The position numbers and the translations under genes are program-made. A stretch of 63,943 bases of DNA, counting the filler, from Folioceros fuciformis (taxonomy: Eukaryota): NCBI GenBank assembly GCA_049999805.1. It is 8 parts of 8 records of this genome, joined end to end, with 100 filler letters (N's around TTAATTAATTAA, not from the genome) between each part and the next. Parts side by side here need not be neighbours in the genome. Positions count along the whole stretch, not along the records: positions 57,957 to 62,223 come from JBNGIO010005316.1; positions 62,324 to 63,943 come from JBNGIO010005321.1; 6 more parts are not named here. One strand, 5' to 3'. Numbering within the stretch: the first letter of the stretch is position 1; each line of letters begins with the position of its first letter. Shown in pieces: positions 57,957 through 63,943 of the stretch. The notes beneath the pieces are model-generated. The model saw only the letters and a program-made list of their open reading frames with translations, made no database searches and was not told the DNA's origin.

Positions 57957-60649
57957 AGGCCATACAACTGTACCATGAAATGCGTAGGTCAGAAGTGAAG
58001 GCGAATGGTTATGTCTTTGTAGGCGCCCTCCAAGCTTGTGCATTTGCTGCCGATTTAGAATCTGGCAGAACAGTGCACCGCGACGTGTTGCGCAGCGGCT
58101 TCCGTACTGACTTGTTTGTTAACAGCTGCTTGGTGGACATGTATGCAAAATGTGGCCGAATGAAAGATGCACGCCAGGTTTTTGATAGCATGAACACGAA
58201 GAATGTGGTGACATGGACGGTCCTGATTGCTGGGTATGCACAGCAAGGACTCGGCCAAGAGGCACTTGTTGTGTATGGACAAATGGAGGAGGCGGGCCTT
58301 GTGGTGGCTGACCGGGTTACTTTTGCCTGCCTTCTGAAGGCGTGTGGAAGCACTGGTGCGTTGCAGAAGGGCAGGGAGCTTCACTCACAGATTGTCCACA
58401 GAGGTCTGCTGGATGATATAGTGGTGGGAACCTGCCTGGTGGACATGTATGCAAAATGTGGTGAGCTGGAATATGCACGGCAGGTTTTTGACAGCATGGA
58501 CACGAAGGATGTGGTGACATGGACGGCCCTGATCGCTGGNNNNNNNNNNNNNNNNNNNNNNNNNNNNNNNNNNNNNNNNNNNNNNNNNNNNNNNNNNNNN
58601 NNNNNNNNNNNNNNNNNNNNNNNNNNNNNNNNNNNNNNNCTGAAGGCGTGTGCAAGCACTGGTGCCTTGCAGAAGGGCAGAGAGCTGCACTCACAGATTG
58701 TGAAGAGAGAACTGCTGGATAATATAGTGGTGGGAAACTGCCTGGTGGACATGTATGCAAAATGTGGTGAGGTGGAAGATGCGCGCCAGGTTTTTGACAG
58801 CATGGCCACCAAAGATGTGGTGACATGGAATGCCCTGATCGCTGGGTATGCACAGCAAGGACTCGGCCAAGAGGCTCTTGTTGTGTATAGACAGATGGAG
58901 GAGGGAAGCGTGGTTATGGCTGACTGTGTTACTTTTGCTTGCCTTCTGAAGGCGTGTGGAAGCACTGGTGGCTTGCAGAAGGGCAGGGAGCTTCACGCAC
59001 AGATTGTCAAGAGAGAACTGCTGGATAATATAGTGGTGGGAAACTGCCTGGTGGACATGTATGCAAAATGTGGTGAGGTTGAAGATGCACGCCAGGTTTT
59101 TGACAGCATGGCCACGAAGGATGTGGTGACATGGAATGCCCTGATTGCTGGGTATGCACAGCAAGGACTCGGCCAAGAGGCTCTTGTTGTCTATAGACAA
59201 ATGGAGGAGGGAGGCCTCGTGGTCGCTGACTGTGTTACTTTTGCTTGCATTTTGAAGGCGTGTGCAAGCACTGGTGCCTTGCAAAAGGGCAGGAAGCTGC
59301 ACTCACAGATTGTCGAAAGAGAACTGGTGCATAATGTAGTGGTGGGAACTTGCCTGGTGGACATGTATGCGAAATGTGGTGAGGTGGAGGATGCACGCCA
59401 AGTTTTTGACAGCATGGCCACTAAAGATGTGGTCACATGGAATGCCCTGATTGGTGGGTATGCACAGCAAGGACTTGGCCAGGAGGCACTTGTTGTGTAT
59501 GGACACATGGAGGAGGCAGGCCTCGTTTTGGCTGACAGTGTTACTTTTGCTTGCCTTTTGAAGGCGTGTGGAAGCACTGGTGCCTTGCAGAAGGGCAGGG
59601 AGCTTCACTCACAGATTGTCAACAGAGGTCGGCTGGATGATATAGTGGTGGGAACCTGCCTGGTGGACATGTATGCAAAATGTGGTGAACTGGAAGATGC
59701 ACGCCAGGTTTTTGACCGCATGGCCACTAAAGATCTGGTTACATGGACAGCCCTGATTGGTGGGTATGGTGCTTGTGATGAAGGCCGCAAGGCGCTAGCT
59801 TGTTTTGAGGAGATGTTAGCTGCCGGTGTTTATCCTGACGATGCTACTTTTACTTGCGTTCTAGTAGCATGCAGTCATGGGAGTCTGGTCGAGGAGGGTC
59901 GCAAGCTCTTTGATTCCATGGCTGAACAGCATGGTGTCATACCTACTGTTGAGCATCACACCTGCATGATTGATCTTCTTGGGCGTGCGGGCCAATTAGA
60001 TGAGGCAGAGAGGATGCTATTATCATGTGAGGGCCAAAGTGATGTGGTGTGCTTGACATCTTTGTTGAATGCCTGTAAAAGCCACGGAGATCTAGAGAGG
60101 GCTGTGTGGTGTTTTGAAAGCATTGTTAGGCTGGACCCGCAGGAGGCACCGGCCTATGTTCTCATGGCCAATGCCTATGCAGATGCAGGTAGGTGGACCG
60201 ATGTAGACAGGATTGAAACACAGAGAAAGGCAGCAGGAGCTAAGAAGAAGCCAGCAGTGGCAAGCATTGAGGTGAATAAGGAGGTACACAGATTTCTGGT
60301 GGGAGAAAGGAGAAAGGATATTGCGCTTAAGGTAGAGAGCACGAATGCGCGTGTGAAGCAGGAAGGAGGCCACGTACCTGACACAAAGTTGGTGTTGAAG
60401 CCACTGAGTGAGAAGGAAAAGGAAGACGTGCTTTGTGGGCATGCTGAGAAGCTAGCTCTGGCGTTTGGTTTGTTGAACACTCCGAATGGGACACCTCTGA
60501 TGGTAACCAAGAATCTACGCATGTGCAGTGATTGCCACAGCTCGACGGCGATCATGTCGAGGCTTGAGCAGAGAGACATTGTTGTGAGGGATGGGTACCG
60601 TGTGCATCGATTCGCAAATGGTTGTTGCAGTTGTAAGGGACGACCATGA
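57957..60649 (+). CDS. PLS-PPR with complete DYW:KP (GRP subtype) deaminase-like domain; candidate U-to-C editing factor; 5' truncated by gap
   Basis: Near-identical 102-aa PLS triplets; KKKPAVASIEV replacing the PG box; HAEKLA, KNLRMCSDCH and C-terminal CSCKGRP*. Confidence 0.96.
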
Positions 60650-61574
60650 GAAAAAGGAAGAATTGAGTGTAGCCAGTGCCAGGCGGATTCCTTGTGGTGT
60701 GCCGATTCTTCTGGATGGCAAGTACCATTGTTCCCCTAACAAGAAGACGAAGAAGAAGAAGAGTTGTATGATCGTGCACTTGAGGGCATTTCGCTCTGTG
60801 GGCCTAGGTACTTCACAACTTTGTAGCAAGCCTAGCATGTTTTCCCTGCACCCCTGCACATGTTTTCCCTGCACCCCTGCACACTGTTCATGATGAGCAC
60901 GTTGTACACGTGCTTTGCAGGGTCTCCTGAACTCGGTTTCCTTACCAATACTGCCGTATGTATATGATGGTGTACAGTGCAGGTGAAAGCACATTGGTAG
61001 CCAGGATGCCGAGGAGTATCAAGGCACAAGTTCTTTGCAGTTGACAGGCAGCAGGTGAAAGTAGCAACCGCAATCACAATCCAGGCAGTGCGAGGCACAT
61101 ATCTAGACATTTACTTAACGGCAATTCCTCGTCTAGTCACATGCAGGACCGCGTTTCCGTTTCTGCGTTCAAGATACCACATGACCCAACTGCGTGATCA
61201 GAAACGGAGACCGTGATACCACGGCTCGGCTGAAATATCTTGGGTTATGTAGGTTGGCATGCACTTAACTTTGACAAGCCTTAAATGAAAATCTTGTTTT
61301 TCTTACGGCGGCTGAAAAGCAATTAACTGTTTTGTATATCTAAACTGACACATAAAGTTACTCTCTAATATGTGTCACATGGTCGAGTGGTCTGAAGCAC
61401 CAGTCGGACAGGCCGCCCACAGGTATTATAGAACGACTCACCCCTTCAGGCAGGACGGCTCAGGGTCCACCCCTTCTGGCTGGTGTGGTCATACATACGT
61501 ACAGTGTACCCGGCCGGGGATCTGCCTAGACGAGACTTTTGTTAGCGTAATATTCCGACAGCGGTCCCTGAACG

Positions 61575-62223
61575 ATGGCCACGGTATGGCAACCGGACCT
61601 GTTGTGGACCCAACAAATTGGAATTGGTGTGTTTACAAGGACTCTACCCGGAACCGCTGCTCACCTCAGCTTCGGGAGTGAACCCGTTGCAAACAAAGGC
61701 TCCAGGTGGAGCAGTGTGAGGAGCCCAGCACTTCCACCTCCGAGAAAGAGAACGTGTGTGGGCAGGGAGGGGTTTTCCGACGATGCTAGTAGGTGCCAGG
61801 AGCAGCAGGAGCACTTGTGGCAACAACTTTTTCTGGACCCTACCATGTGGTGGGATAACAGACGAGACAAGAAGAGCTCCCGTTCCCCTGACTTCCGGCG
61901 TAAGGGGTCCGGCGAGGTGCTGTGGTTGGACAACAGGTTTAAGCCAGCATGGGTTGATGAGCAGCTCGTCTCCTTGGATATGCATGTGGATCACGGTTCC
62001 GGTGCCTTGGCCTTTAGCTGTCCAGATAATCCTGAACCTGGAAGGCGTAGAGGTGGTGAAATGGGCTCCAGCAGCAGCAGTGTAAGAAACCCAGCACTTC
62101 CACATTCAGTGGGCCATGGAGTCTCTTCTTTCGAGTGCAGCCCTCTGTATAAGTGTGGATCTGGCAGGCGTGCAGAATTGGAAACGGGCGTCGTAACTGC
62201 TGCAACCGTGAGCATGTTATGTC
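61575..62223 (+). CDS. Organelle-targeted protein with an OSB-type PDF motif, probably the N-terminus of a PLS-PPR; 3' end lost in gap
   Basis: LWQQLFLDPTMWWDNRRDKKSSRSPDFRRKGSGEVLWLDNRFKPAWV matches the PDF motif consensus. The ORF ends VTAATVSMLC, like ITADNVSTLC of the PPR at 34428. Confidence 0.8.
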
Positions 62224-62323
62224 NNNNNNNNNNNNNNNNNNNNNNNNNNNNNNNNNNNNNNNNNNNNTTAATTAATTAANNNNNNNNNNNNNNNNNNNNN
62301 NNNNNNNNNNNNNNNNNNNNNNN

Positions 62324-63943
62324 GTCTATTGTGCCACGACCAGGAGACACTAGGGATCTATCATCACCTAGGTACACATACTGATCCTTAAATGTTTTAT
62401 ATGTTTTGAATGATCCTTTATCGAAACAGATGTGGGTTGTAGCCCAGTGTCAGATACCAATCTAACACATGTCTAATCTTTGTATTTGCTGACAGGCTAG
62501 CAGGATACAAGAATGAACTTGTTGCAAATACAGTTGTACCCACAATGAGGGCTGAAGGGGTCGATTGTTTCTTCACAACCACGTGAGTTTCAGCACTAGA
62601 TGAACCCTCCTTGCAAGGAACACCTGCCTGCTTTTTCCGACACTCACATTCCCAATGACCAGGTAACTTACACCAGTTGCAGTTGCCTGTCCTTTGTGGT
62701 TTTCTTTGGTTAGCTCCTTGTCCTTGTGAGCCACCACCCCTAGAAAAACTGCCTCTAAAACTGTTGTAGGGTCTTCCTCCACCACGTCCTCTGTTGGACG
62801 TGTAGAGTGCTTGTTGCTTGCCTGTTCTCCTATGAGATTGTCTTGTTGCTTCTTCTTGCAATACTGCTCCAACTAATTTTGTAAATGTGGTTTATGGCAG
62901 GGTCACATTTAAAGCCTTTGCCAACTTTTCAGTTTGGAGCTTAGAAGCATTAAAGGAGGTCACAAAATGTGACCAGGATTCTGAAAGTGATATGAGGAAG
63001 TAAAGGGCAAGCATATCATCCTTGATAACCTCATTTGATGCACTTTCCAGCTTTGAAACAAGAGTTCTGAAGTGTCCAAGGTGTTTCTCTAATGATTCAC
63101 CATCTTTCATCTTGCAAAGTTGTAAATTTTGCAAGGCTGTCATCTGACTTGTCTGATTGCTACCTGCATACAAGTCCTGAAGTCTGAACTAGATATCTGC
63201 TGAAGTTGTACATCCAAATCTCTGTCTGAGCATCTCTGAGGTAAGACCACTCCAGATGAGGAACATGGCTGCTTGATCTTTGGCATCCCATGTTTCCTGT
63301 AATCTATTTTCAGCTGTTGTGGGCGGAGTTGAGACTACTGGGGAGCTCTCTTCCCCAATAACCACCTTCCAGAGTTTCTTATTCTGTAAGGCTCCCTTCA
63401 TGCAGATTACCCATATGTCGTAATCATGCCCACCGAACCTATCTTTTTCCCTAAACCCTTCCCCACCCAAACTAGATGAGGGATCGGCCATTTTTCTTCC
63501 TTTGTGTTTTGGGTTAGCTACTCCCAAGACACTAAGATTCTAAAGTTGTTGTAGCAAGGGTTTAATATATCAGGACTTCAGACACATGCTATTAGGTCAG
63601 CAAGGTCACAGGATATTGACAGCATTAGCAGGTATGTCTTCTGCAGACTCTTGTTCTCTTAGTCTGTTCACTATTCTGTGATTTCTTATTTCCCACTTAT
63701 TGAATGCATACACTGAGTAGGAAGGGCAAGAGTTTGGAACACCAAACATGTGTTTCTTACTTGTTTTCTTAGCGTGCTTACATGCTACTTCTTTGTGTAC
63801 AGGATTAGTGAGTAAAACAGGCTTCAACAAGGTAAGAAGTTTGAAATCCAGATGTGATATCTGCTCCTGCAAGTCTCTAACATCTACACTAGTTGCTGAG
63901 ACCTTTTGTAGTATACTACTGAAACGAGTATCTACATGTTCTT
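62324..63943 (-). mobile_element. Decayed Copia gag/protease (ATG ~63491) with an upstream leader ORF running off the window
   Basis: REKDRFGGHDYDIW, LYFLISLSESW, CNWCKLPGHWECEC and frameshifted WYL-DTG; internal stops. Confidence 0.88.

Overview
This is the left end of a chromosome or scaffold from a seed-free land plant, most likely a hornwort. The evidence for that assignment is an Arabidopsis-type (CCCTAAA)n telomere, short introns, compact gene spacing, and co-occurrence of WW-type and KP/GRP-type PLS-PPR editing factors. The window is a patchwork of contigs joined by 100-N gaps and by artificial N-TTAATTAATTAA-N linkers, so adjacency across linkers is unproven. Host genes are: a subtelomeric fungal-type AAA+ ATPase, an intronless Yippee gene, a 65-aa protamine-like ORF, two WW-type PLS-PPRs, Rab-GDI, a BTB/BACK/discoidin gene, a DYW:KP (GRP) U-to-C-type PPR, and an OSB-PDF-motif ORF that appears to run into a PPR N-terminus. 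Roughly half the sequence is nested retroelements (Gypsy, several Copia, an RNase H-bearing LINE, a solo LTR with TSD) and minisatellites. The most notable observations are: (1) a decayed C5 DNA methyltransferase of the retrotransposon-borne type, split by a solo LTR; (2) a very small Arg/His-rich protamine candidate; (3) an extra coiled-coil ORF upstream of gag in three separate Copia elements; (4) the GRP editing factor with a readable PPR code; (5) the probable PDF-PPR fusion; (6) an in-frame Copia-gag/Gypsy-protease chimera. All family assignments are from motif recognition by eye; no database searches were run.
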